A DNA stretch of 64,000 nt from an uncultured Planctomycetia bacterium (GTDB lineage: Bacteria; Omnitrophota; Gorgyraeia; Duberdicusellales; 4484-171), in NCBI GenBank assembly GCA_964629655.1, contig CAZVQU010000002.1, forward strand, positions 396,878 through 460,877. The letters are read 5' to 3'. Below, piece after piece: positions 44,501 to 51,248 of this stretch; the first letter of the stretch is position 1; every line of letters begins with the position of its first letter. A model generated the notes under the pieces. It was not told the DNA's origin, searched no databases, and saw only the letters and a program-made list of their open reading frames with translations. The translations under genes were made by a program, and so were the position numbers.

Positions 44501-45325
44501 TGCTAAAAGTTGGTCTAATCTCTCAATTTTTGTTTGGAAACCCTCTGGCTTAGAAGAACTAAATTTCCCAACCTTAGCTCTAACTTCAGCTACTTCTCGT
44601 TCAACTTGTACCTCGATTTTTCTTTGTATTCTCTTGTGGAATTTTTCATCTTTTTTAGCTTCTTTCGCGGCTCGAGCTTCTATTTTTTGGGCACCTAGTT
44701 CAATTGCTTTTTCCTCCTTCTTGTGGATTTTTTCAGCTTTCCTAGCTTCCTTCGCAGCTAGAGCTTCTATTCTTTGGGCGCCTAGTTCAATTGCTTTTTC
44801 CTCCTTCTTCCGGATTTTTTCAGCTCTCCTAGCTTCCTTTTCAGCCTGAGCTACTTCTCGCTTAACTTGCACCTCGACTTCTCTTTGTATTTGCTTGCGG
44901 ATTTTTTCAGCTTTCTTAGCTTCCTTCGCGGCTAGAGCTTTTTTTCTTTGAGCAGCTAGTTCAGCTGCCCTCTGTTCCTTTTTGCGGAGTTTTTCAGCTT
45001 TCTTAGCTTCCTTCGCGGCTTTAGCCTTCTCTCTTTGAGCAGCTAGTATAGCTGCCCTTTGTTCCTTTTTGCGGAGCTTTTCAGCTTTCTTAGCTTCCTT
45101 CGCGGCTTTAGCCTTCTCTCTTTGAGTAGCTAGTTCAGCTGCCCTTTGTTCCTGCTTATTGAGTTCTTCAACTTGTTTATCCTTTTCATTTTCAGAGTCA
45201 ATAAGAAGAATCTCTTTAGAGTATTCTTCTAAATCGCTGTCCTTTGCTGATGCTACAAAGTCATTTACAAAAAAGACAGTTAAAAGCAGGGCCAATATAG
45301 GGATGTAATTTTTCTTTAACATCAT
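38534..45325 (-). CDS. Giant coiled-coil protein with signal peptide and C-terminal TPR (long paralog, 2263 aa)
   Basis: Signal peptide ending VASA; K/E/Q/L-rich heptad sequence with internal repeats; C-terminal TPR (PNDADAHYNLALIYDDHL) clearly homologous to that of 34756-35682. Confidence 0.88.
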   Translation of the reverse strand: MMLKKNYIPILALLLTVFFVNDFVASAKDSDLEEYSKEILLIDSENEKDKQVEELNKQEQRAAELATQREKAKAAKEAKKAEKLRKKEQRAAILAAQREKAKAAKEAKKAEKLRKKEQRAAELAAQRKKALAAKEAKKAEKIRKQIQREVEVQVKREVAQAEKEARRAEKIRKKEEKAIELGAQRIEALAAKEARKAEKIHKKEEKAIELGAQKIEARAAKEAKKDEKFHKRIQRKIEVQVEREVAEVRAKVGKFSSSKPEGFQTKIERLDQLLAEGSLKEKELDEQEKELTLQLMGIERDKELAGDVVEDIYSALGEKEKVKQNLLWQESETVAEISKNITEQRNTETNILNVKNSLEKERQLLTRLEERAKPAGLELLRVNSEIADLGKRIRDIKKTVKLLENEFFDKQQNILKTKEKKGHVSLKIFSKERIIQKEIESLKSDISGKNQEKEKVLKEQREVLAELSIVDSKKAALKSEILEQEDLLEDEESHLENISKGYKNTQEVLVSLGQEKENIKLRIGEIKEEINVLAKEQAKGNILIKEKKKSLESGLKHILTFQKESQAKIRRFQDDLVQEKFNKEKEISWQDEHFKNATLEFDLSISPISSLLNQEKKKQAELTRQQTRIDEELYDIDAEKKDLTNQIIEGTTFLAEAKEKLTVLKNDQQVQKDKLSQVTSRSQESQQKVTMLDRLIYKTQVRESRIVSEEKKLASRLELLQKELQTLKNKSKDFLVQKEQVEQEQSQSLEGEKAVIVTLSGIEKNIEIIDMDVSQISSRLNQAKKKQDRLIRRQPRISEEFHSFNTNKEILASQIIEATASLAKAKEKLTVFKKDQQVQKDKLSEIASQSQEHQQKVTMLERLIHKTQVQEDETVSEEKKLTSRIELFQKELQTLKNKSKDFLVQKEQVEQEQSQSLEGEKAVIVTLSGIEKNMELIGMDISQISSRISQARNKQDELIRRQPRISEELYDIDGEKEDLAKQIAEAEKKLAVLKKNKQVGEGLSKQEKLLQAEMDSVVKSREDIQAEIVRLKDLFAEAKDTYGELSITKDSLKIKEIRLTRTEKNIKSQIDEANKTLKIHQAANKDISAYQDSTKLKISSIKSEIKDNNIKLLKLKALLEEKRNARQVLIGNRETSEAGLAEVLLILGKVGKDEMKRLSSLLKTKKSAERKIVIQERKMQDKISKLSPEKEVDKRVALTKLTTDREAIQREIVDILNDIDDKKIQASQSLEREKAFIVTLSGIEKNIELIGIDISQISSRFNQAKKKQDELTRNQNRINEEFHSSKADKEILAKQITEGVASLAKAKERLTVLKNDQQARKNKLSQIASQSQEYQQKIVMLSHLIDKAQVEEAEIVSEEKKLTRRLGLLQKELKTFKNRNKDFLAEKEQPQSLEREKASVITLSEIEKNIEFIGIDISQTSSWIDQAKKKQDELTRNQTRINEESHNSKADKKILAKQITDATASLAKAKEKLTGFKKDQQVQKDKLSQIASQSQEYQQKIIMLSDLIDKAQVEEAEIVSEEKKLTSRLELLQKELQILKNKSEDFLVQKEQAEQEQSQSLEREKAFIVTLSGIEKNIELIGMDIPQISSRINQAKKKQDELIRRQPRINEEFNSFKADKEILAKQITDAIASLARAKEKLTGLKKNKQAGERLSRQEKLLQAEMDSVVKSREDIQAEIEKTSRSFNQEKSFQNKLSLEKNALTEEIITLTTQQQDLKGAIEAGEKGLKGYTVKISELIQKQQALKSELNQILVFQKESQVKISRFQKDLAQEKLNREEEISRQKDEFKNATLGFDLSISQISSRIDQEKKKQDGFVREQARINKEFQSFNTEKEFLANQIIEATASLAEAEEKLIFLDKDEQIQENKLSEITSRRRGSQQKITMINRLIDKTWVQEEQLGRQEKAFKIELDNLKKDERVIQKEIEEVAVRLAGSTSRLGELTIQKRDFKRKADQFVREREVIKVDIYEFNKLTEDQETKVARLGRKQEQLEFEISEKKAEIDGSQKRIINLGKSLEEEETGLEKLNEKEKSLQVKLPKIRKSLEDVEKEIIPIQNDLEVAQKNLKDIKDQETLVNTAFGNLKTSFTILHKKFSDWGEEKWGLEMEVLEAKRKKEFAKIEKAERDAARANQEMKEILSEKRKKTRQWKNLSQARMIKEKVFKKEEEIDENLLSQHYYQAFELDYNERYHEAAMEYEEVLKINPNDADAHYNLALIYDDHLNEKRKAIQHYQEYLDLKPVAEDESQVAGWIIKARQALEWDSWD
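39640..43670 (-). repeat. ~504-bp (168-aa) internal repeats in the long coiled-coil gene
   Basis: Units QISS..NQAKKKQD...SLAKAKEKL...EEKKL..RL.L.QKEL...QSLE.EKA recur near 43500, 43000, 42500 (partial), 41560, 41070, 40565 (partial) and 39925 (partial), with 504- and 489-bp spacings. Confidence 0.85.
44640..45160 (-). repeat. 78-bp (26-aa) tandem repeats KEQRAAELAAQREKAKAAKEAKKAEKLRK
   Basis: Three near-identical units followed by several degenerate units in the N-terminal part of the 2263-aa protein. Confidence 0.85.
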
Positions 45326-45335
45326 TTTTTTATTC

Positions 45336-47198
45336 CTATAATGCTTCTGTGCGAATTTTGCGCCTTGGCGGCTTCCGCCGCTTTTTTCCTTCCCTATAGT
45401 ATTTTGAATTTTTCTTTGTTTTATCTATCTGCTCCACGTATAAAATATCTTTATCCCCGGATATAATACGTGGAGTGAGAAATATTACTAATTCCTTCAT
45501 CTCCTTGGTATTATAGGTAGACTTGAACATTTTTCCCAAAAAAGGAATATCGCCTAGAAAGGGAGTCTTTTTTTCGGATTCAGTCATGGTTTCCCTAATC
45601 ATCCCGGCAATAATCACAGTTTTCCCGTCTTGAATCAAAGCAGTTGTCTCAGCATTAGATGTATCTACCTCCGGCAGGAGAATTTGGCTTGTTCCGGCTT
45701 CATCCTGTATCTCAAACCAATCTATCAACGTACTCACTTCGGGCTTAATATGCATCTTTACAAAATCCCCTTGATAAATCGTAGGGGTAACCGTAAGGGT
45801 TACGCCGACATCTACGAATTCTGCGCTCCAGGAGGTAGAAGATGCAGTATCGGTGTTAGAAATTGTGCTGGTAGCATAAGGCTGACGCGTACCGACCATA
45901 ATCTTAGCCTCTTCATTGTTGCAAACAACAATATGAGGAGAAGAAACAATTTTAACTTTACCCACTTCGTTTAAGAAGGTAAGAATCTGCTGCGCTTGGG
46001 TAGGGTCTAATCCTCCGGGATTCCAAGCTTCTGAAGTTGTCCCCTCGCCGGTATAAAATCCCTCTCGCCATCGTCCTAGAGAAATCCGGCCGTAAGAACT
46101 TGTTATCCCCGAAGCCGGGAAGTCACCTGTAATCCTTATATTCTTCCTTGATGAAGCCTTGAACATTGTCTCCCAGTCCACGCCAAAAGAAAAATCATCA
46201 CTTAAAGTTATCTCAACAATCTTTGCTTCAATAAATATTTCTTTTGACTGGGTATCAAAAGTAGCAATCATCTCTGTAATCTCTTCAATCTTATTAGGCA
46301 AATCATTTACAATTATTTTATTTGTCCTCTCATCGGCGCGAGCAGAGCCAAAACCTTCGGTCAAAGCCTCAGTCACCTTTAGTACAAGATCTTCAGCTTG
46401 GGAATACTTTAACTCAAACACTTTGGTAATCGTCGGCGGCATCTTTTCGATAATACCTTCATCAAGCCGTAGCGCAGAGCTTTCCATTTCTCTTATCTTC
46501 TCCGGTGTATCTATTAAGATAAGACTGCCGGTAGCATCATCCATAATAATCTTACCAATAGAACTTTTAATGCTTGCTAAAGCCTCTCCGGCTTTTGTGG
46601 ACTGAATATACTTTAGCTTCAAAGTTTTAATTTCTCTTTTTTCGGTGTATTTCTCTCCATAGAGCGCTTCATACTCTACCTCAGTCAATATGGTAATAAT
46701 GTTTTTCTTTTTTTCACAAGCCAGTTTATTAGTAAGCAAGATTACATCCAGTGTGTCAGCGATAGTTACATCTTTTAGAAACAGGGTTATCCTTCCAGAA
46801 ACATTTTTACTGGTAACAATATTCAAACCGCCTTTCAGTGATAAAAACTTAATAGTATCAACTATATCCATACCCCGTAAATCCAGCGATATTTTCTTAG
46901 CCAGGCCTTCTTCCATAGTAAGAGGGACTTTCTCAATATCCGAAGATTCATCGGCAGACGAAGCCGTTTCTTTAGAGGCAGCTGCATCAATCTCTTCAAG
47001 TAACTGAACCTGCCCTATCGCATCAGTTAAGTCTTCTTCGGTGATAAGAGAGGTTTCGAGATCCAAAGATTCCTCAGTAGGCGAAACCGTCTCTTTAGAG
47101 ACAGCTGAGGTAGTCTCCTCAAGAGATTTAGCCTGTTCTGCTCCAGCGACTAAACCAACAACAACCAATATTAACACTATCCAATTTATCTTTCTCAT
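45336..47198 (-). CDS. Secretin (PilQ/GspD family), copy 2
   Basis: Close paralog of 35679-37406 with the same motifs, an extra ~23-aa acidic N-terminal insertion and a basic C-terminal tail. Confidence 0.95.
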   Translation of the reverse strand: MRKINWIVLILVVVGLVAGAEQAKSLEETTSAVSKETVSPTEESLDLETSLITEEDLTDAIGQVQLLEEIDAAASKETASSADESSDIEKVPLTMEEGLAKKISLDLRGMDIVDTIKFLSLKGGLNIVTSKNVSGRITLFLKDVTIADTLDVILLTNKLACEKKKNIITILTEVEYEALYGEKYTEKREIKTLKLKYIQSTKAGEALASIKSSIGKIIMDDATGSLILIDTPEKIREMESSALRLDEGIIEKMPPTITKVFELKYSQAEDLVLKVTEALTEGFGSARADERTNKIIVNDLPNKIEEITEMIATFDTQSKEIFIEAKIVEITLSDDFSFGVDWETMFKASSRKNIRITGDFPASGITSSYGRISLGRWREGFYTGEGTTSEAWNPGGLDPTQAQQILTFLNEVGKVKIVSSPHIVVCNNEEAKIMVGTRQPYATSTISNTDTASSTSWSAEFVDVGVTLTVTPTIYQGDFVKMHIKPEVSTLIDWFEIQDEAGTSQILLPEVDTSNAETTALIQDGKTVIIAGMIRETMTESEKKTPFLGDIPFLGKMFKSTYNTKEMKELVIFLTPRIISGDKDILYVEQIDKTKKNSKYYREGKKRRKPPRRKIRTEAL

Positions 47199-47221
47199 AT
47201 CAGTTCAATCTTCTTCGTCAT
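47195..47221 (-). pseudogene. 8-aa collapsed remnant MTKKIELI of the GspC/PilP-like gene
   Basis: ATG ACG AAG AAG ATT GAA CTG ATA TGA. It ends IELI*, exactly as the 217-aa gene in copy 1 does, and overlaps the secretin ATG in the same ATGA arrangement. Confidence 0.65.
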
Positions 47222-47268
47222 CAACCGACCTTTTCCTTATCTAAACCAAAAATCTGATAGTAACCCAT
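47221..47268 (-). pseudogene. 15-aa collapsed mini-ORF MGYYQIFGLDKEKVG (ExeA/GspA-like N-terminus remnant)
   Basis: Starts in a TGATG overlap with the MerR stop and ends in a TGATG overlap with the next mini-ORF. Confidence 0.6.
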
Positions 47269-47509
47269 CAAATGCCCTCTAACTGTTTTCTAATTAAACG
47301 TAAAGGATAACCTTCATTCATAAGCCGGGTTATCTTAGCCAACCTTCTTCTGACCTCAGCCTGATTATACATCCGCACATTGCCTTTTTTGGTTGCTATG
47401 CGCAAAAGGCCGAAATTAGTGTAGTGATTAACAGTCTGGTAAGTAATGCGGTACTTTTTTGTAATCTCCTGGGCTGATATTAGCTTACCATCCATATTAG
47501 CTTTTCCGT
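47231..47509. repeat. 279-bp direct repeat, copy 2
   Basis: Identical to 38114-38392 by manual comparison. Confidence 0.92.
47268..47495 (-). CDS. Small MerR-family (BldC-like) HTH protein, copy 2
   Basis: Identical to copy 1. Start placed at 47495 by equivalence; the ORF track extends it to 47522. Confidence 0.88.
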   Translation of the reverse strand: MDGKLISAQEITKKYRITYQTVNHYTNFGLLRIATKKGNVRMYNQAEVRRRLAKITRLMNEGYPLRLIRKQLEGI

Positions 47510-47670
47510 TTACTGCCGCCATTTGTATAGTACCTTAATACTCCACTGTGATCTAGACATTAATTAGTCAACTTATGATACCTACCATAAGTATGACTCT
47601 TATTGAACCTATCATAAAAAGACTTTGTTGCCAAGAAACATCTAAAGATGACAATCCGTACAATTGATAT

Positions 47671-47739
47671 CAAGTTATTGTGGTAAATACAATAACTATA
47701 GTTATTATTGAATTTATCACAAAACCAATAACTTGTCAA
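47671..47739 (-). promoter_or_regulatory. Sigma70 promoter with overlapping palindromic operator
   Basis: Consensus TTGACA (47739-47734), 17 bp, TG-n-TAAATT (47716-47711). Perfect 16-bp palindrome AATAACTATAGTTATT (47691-47706); inverted repeat CAAGTTATTG/CAATAACTTG (47671-47680 and 47726-47735). Confidence 0.7.
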
Positions 47740-47796
47740 TATTTTGTTAAATATTATAAAAATGAGGAGCCGGAGCTGAATATATTAGCAAAAATG

Positions 47797-48555
47797 CTAA
47801 TAAATCACCTTATATAGGTATAGCCCTGAGGCCGGAGCGGATTCATTAGTATATTTGATTCTTTTAGATAAAATTAATGAGATATTTTTAAAAGCTAGGT
47901 CTTTTCTACCTATTTTCACTAAAAAGGAAACTATATTCCGTACCATAGAACGCAAGAATCCATTTGCTTCTATATCAATATATATAAAAGAACTCTTCCT
48001 TTTAATTGATATGACTCCTACATCTCTTATGCAATCTTTGTAGTTCTTGGCTTTTTTGGCAAAAACAGAAAAATCTCTTTTGCCTTTAATCTTTCTAGAA
48101 GCCTTCTCCATTAACTCTATATCCAAATTTCCATCTACATGCCAGGCTAAATTATGCCAAAATACAGAAGGTTCTTTTGTGTTTAAAATTACGTAGCGGT
48201 ATATCTTGGATTTTGCTGAAAACCGGGCATGAAAATTATCGGAGACTTTTTTTACTTTCTTTACTCTTAAATCAGAAGGTAATAAATTGTTTAAGGCTGA
48301 TTTTATATTTTCAAAAGGTATTTTCGTATCAACTTTAAAATTTATCACTTGAGCCCTAGCATGGGCTCCCCTATCGGTTCTGCCAGAAGCTATTACTCTT
48401 ATTTTCTCCCTGAAGAGCTTAGCCAGAGTTTCCTCTAAGGCCCCCTGGATAGTAGCTTGATTCCTCCCCTGGGATTTTTGAGTTTGGAAACCAAAATAGT
48501 TACTCCCAATGTACTCTAATTCTAGGAGAATATTATTGGCATTGATACTCATCAA
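47797..48555 (-). CDS. truA: tRNA pseudouridine(38-40) synthase
   Basis: ASGRTDRGAHA catalytic motif, FHARFSA, ANGFLRSMVR, APASGLYL. Confidence 0.96.
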   Translation of the reverse strand: MMSINANNILLELEYIGSNYFGFQTQKSQGRNQATIQGALEETLAKLFREKIRVIASGRTDRGAHARAQVINFKVDTKIPFENIKSALNNLLPSDLRVKKVKKVSDNFHARFSAKSKIYRYVILNTKEPSVFWHNLAWHVDGNLDIELMEKASRKIKGKRDFSVFAKKAKNYKDCIRDVGVISIKRKSSFIYIDIEANGFLRSMVRNIVSFLVKIGRKDLAFKNISLILSKRIKYTNESAPASGLYLYKVIY

Positions 48556-48657
48556 TTAAGCACTGTTTTTTACGCCGACAACAGTCAAAAGCAAGTAACT
48601 GGAACTAATAGGTTTATTTAGGAAATGTGACGGATATGAGCAGACCAAAAGCAGTAT

Positions 48658-49677
48658 TTATGAAATTAGCTCTTCAGCTATCTGGATAGCGTTTAAGGCT
48701 GCTCCCTTCCTTAAGTTATCAGAAACACACCATAGCCAGAAAGAATTCTCGCAAGTTGTATCAGCGCGCAGACGACTCACAAAAACCTCATTCTTACCTT
48801 CAGCATCAACAGGCAAGCTTAGATCTTTAGGTTGATACTCTACGCCCGGTGTTTTTTTCAAAACCTCTTCTAGCTCAACGACAGTAGCTTTATTTCTGGT
48901 AGTAAAGTAAATCGCTTCACTATGAGAGGTAAAAACAGGTACCCTAACGCAAGTAGCTGAAATTTTTATTGAATCATCCCCGAAGATCTTACGAGATTCA
49001 TGGACTACCTTCATCTCTTCGCTGGTATAGCCAGCATCGTTGAAACCGCCAATCTCGGGAATAACATTAAAAGCAATCTGACGGCTAAAACACTCCGGCT
49101 TTTGTTTTATCCTCTTATCAAGATTATCAAAATCTTTATTCTTATTATTCTCAACTAAGGCCTTAGTCTCATTCCAAAGGCTAACTGCTGAGGCCTTACC
49201 TGCTCCAGAAGTTGCCTGAAAACTAGTGAGAATAAACTGGCTTAAACCAAACTTTTTAAAAATACCGCCTAAAGCAGTAACCGCCTGGATAGTAGTACAA
49301 TTAGGATTAGCGATTATTCCCTTGTGGGTAGAAACCTTATCTTTGTTTACTTCGGGAACCACCAAGGGTACGTCATCGTTTAAACGAAAATCATTGCCAT
49401 TATCAACTACTACCGCGCCTTTTTCTATAAACTTCTCGGCATAAAGAGCACTTGCTCCTTTACTGCCTTCAGTTCCGGCAAAGAGAGCAATATCAATACC
49501 GGAAAAATCACTATTTTCTATAGCTTCAACATTATAAGGCAGACCATCTACCTTTATTTCCCTTGCTGTCCTAGCAAATACTCTCAAACTATTAATCGGA
49601 AAATTTCTCTGCCTTAAAGTTCTGAGAATCTCCGAGCCTACTGCCCCTACTCCAATTACAGCTACATTTCTCTTCAT
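48658..49677 (-). CDS. asd: Aspartate-semialdehyde dehydrogenase
   Basis: GAVG NAD(P) loop, VPLVVPEVN, IIANPNCTT, SATCVRVPV, SDNLRKGAALNA. Confidence 0.97.
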   Translation of the reverse strand: MKRNVAVIGVGAVGSEILRTLRQRNFPINSLRVFARTAREIKVDGLPYNVEAIENSDFSGIDIALFAGTEGSKGASALYAEKFIEKGAVVVDNGNDFRLNDDVPLVVPEVNKDKVSTHKGIIANPNCTTIQAVTALGGIFKKFGLSQFILTSFQATSGAGKASAVSLWNETKALVENNKNKDFDNLDKRIKQKPECFSRQIAFNVIPEIGGFNDAGYTSEEMKVVHESRKIFGDDSIKISATCVRVPVFTSHSEAIYFTTRNKATVVELEEVLKKTPGVEYQPKDLSLPVDAEGKNEVFVSRLRADTTCENSFWLWCVSDNLRKGAALNAIQIAEELIS

Positions 49678-49700
49678 TTCTTCCCCTTAAACTTATCTAT

Positions 49701-50759
49701 TTAACTAATATTTTTAACTACTAGATCACCCACCTCGGTAGTGGAATAACCCATCTTCCCGGCACCAAGGCTCTTTAGCTTATCTCTAGCTACCTTAATA
49801 GCTGAATTCTCTACTGCCTGGGCAGCTTCACTCTCGCCTAATTGCTCAAGCATCATAGCTAGAGCACAAATTGCCGCTAAGGGATTTATTACATTCTTGC
49901 CTGTGTACTTAGGCGCGCTTCCGCCAATCGGCTCAAACATTGAAACTCCGCTGGGGTTAATATTACCTCCGGCGGCAATGCCCATGCCTCCCTGAATCAT
50001 TGCTCCTAAGTCAGTAATAATATCACCAAACATATTATCAGTAACTATTACATCAAACCACTCGGGATTCTTAACCATCCACATACAAGTGGCATCAACA
50101 TGGGCATAATCAGTCTTTATATCGGGATAGTCTTTAGCTACCTGATAAAAAGTCCTCTCCCATAGATCAAAAGCATAAGTTAAAACATTGGTCTTACCGC
50201 AAAGAGTAAGAGTTTTTTTCTTATTTCTCTTGCCGGTATACTCAAAAGCATAGCGTAGACAACGTTCAATACCTTCGCGGGTATTATAAGAAGTCTGGAT
50301 AGCTACTTCATCTGGAGTCCCTTTATCCTTAAACTCACCTAACCCTTTATAAAGGCCTTCGGTATTTTCCCTAACTACTACGAAATCTACATCCTCAGGC
50401 TTCTTTTCCTTCAAGGGGCAGAACCGGCTATCATAGAGCTTCACCGGTCTTAAATTTATATACTGCTCAAAAGAAAAACGTAGAGTTAATAATATTCCTT
50501 TCTCTAAAATACCGGGTTTAACATCAGGATGGCCAATTGCGCCCAAGTAAATGCTATCAAAATTAGCTAACTCTTTTATTACCGAAGGAGGTAAGACCTC
50601 ACCGGTCTTTAGATACCTATCGCCACCCAAATCATAATTAGTGCTTTCATATTTAAAATTATACTTAGAAGCTACTGTTTCTAACACCTTTAACCCTTCT
50701 CTTACTACTTCTGGACCTGTACCATCACCGGGAATTACTGCGATTTTATAACTATTCAT
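49701..50759 (-). CDS. leuB: 3-isopropylmalate dehydrogenase
   Basis: [33 protein letters not shown]. Start set at ATG 50759 (ATGA overlap with leuD, SD present). Confidence 0.93.
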   Translation of the reverse strand: MNSYKIAVIPGDGTGPEVVREGLKVLETVASKYNFKYESTNYDLGGDRYLKTGEVLPPSVIKELANFDSIYLGAIGHPDVKPGILEKGILLTLRFSFEQYINLRPVKLYDSRFCPLKEKKPEDVDFVVVRENTEGLYKGLGEFKDKGTPDEVAIQTSYNTREGIERCLRYAFEYTGKRNKKKTLTLCGKTNVLTYAFDLWERTFYQVAKDYPDIKTDYAHVDATCMWMVKNPEWFDVIVTDNMFGDIITDLGAMIQGGMGIAAGGNINPSGVSMFEPIGGSAPKYTGKNVINPLAAICALAMMLEQLGESEAAQAVENSAIKVARDKLKSLGAGKMGYSTTEVGDLVVKNIS

Positions 50760-51247
50760 CTCCGCTCCTTTTTCTTCAACCACTTTATCAACCCCCCGGC
50801 TTTAATAATACCCTGCATAAAAGGAGGAAAAGCCTCAGAGGTAAATTCCTTGTTTAGATTTATATCTCTTATTATACCTTTATTTAAAATAACTTCTAAT
50901 TTATCGTCAGCTTTGATTTTCTTTGCCTGCTTGCAAATTAAAATCGGTAGCCCGACATTTATAGCGTTACGATAAAAAATACGGGCAAAACTCTCAGCAA
51001 TGACCAGGGAAATTCCACATCCTTTAATAGCCCAGGGAGCATGCTCCCGGCTGGAACCGCACCCAAAATTTTTACCGGCAACTATTATATCACTTTTTTT
51101 CACCCTTTGTGAAAATCCTCGATCTATATTCTCCATACATTTTGAGCCCAAGAAAACCTCATCGTAAGAATCAAGGTATTTAGCAGCAATAATATCGTCG
51201 GTATTTATATTACTTCCTAATCTATGCACTTTACCCTTAATAATCAT
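50756..51247 (-). CDS. leuD: 3-isopropylmalate dehydratase small subunit
   Basis: [31 protein letters not shown]. Confidence 0.94.
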   Translation of the reverse strand: MIIKGKVHRLGSNINTDDIIAAKYLDSYDEVFLGSKCMENIDRGFSQRVKKSDIIVAGKNFGCGSSREHAPWAIKGCGISLVIAESFARIFYRNAINVGLPILICKQAKKIKADDKLEVILNKGIIRDINLNKEFTSEAFPPFMQGIIKAGGLIKWLKKKERR

Positions 51248-51248
51248 C

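Noticed and set aside
38534-45325. SMC/chromosome-segregation protein or phage tape-measure annotation for the 2263-aa ORF
   Set aside because: No Walker A/B or hinge motifs and no phage context; it has a signal peptide and a TPR tip.
38114-47509. 279-bp direct repeats as IS ends or prophage att sites
   Set aside because: The repeat is the MerR coding sequence itself. No transposase, integrase, terminal inverted repeats or phage genes are present.
48556-48657. asd-truA intergenic region as ncRNA or gene remnant
   Set aside because: No recognisable structure, tRNA fold or convincing protein motif.
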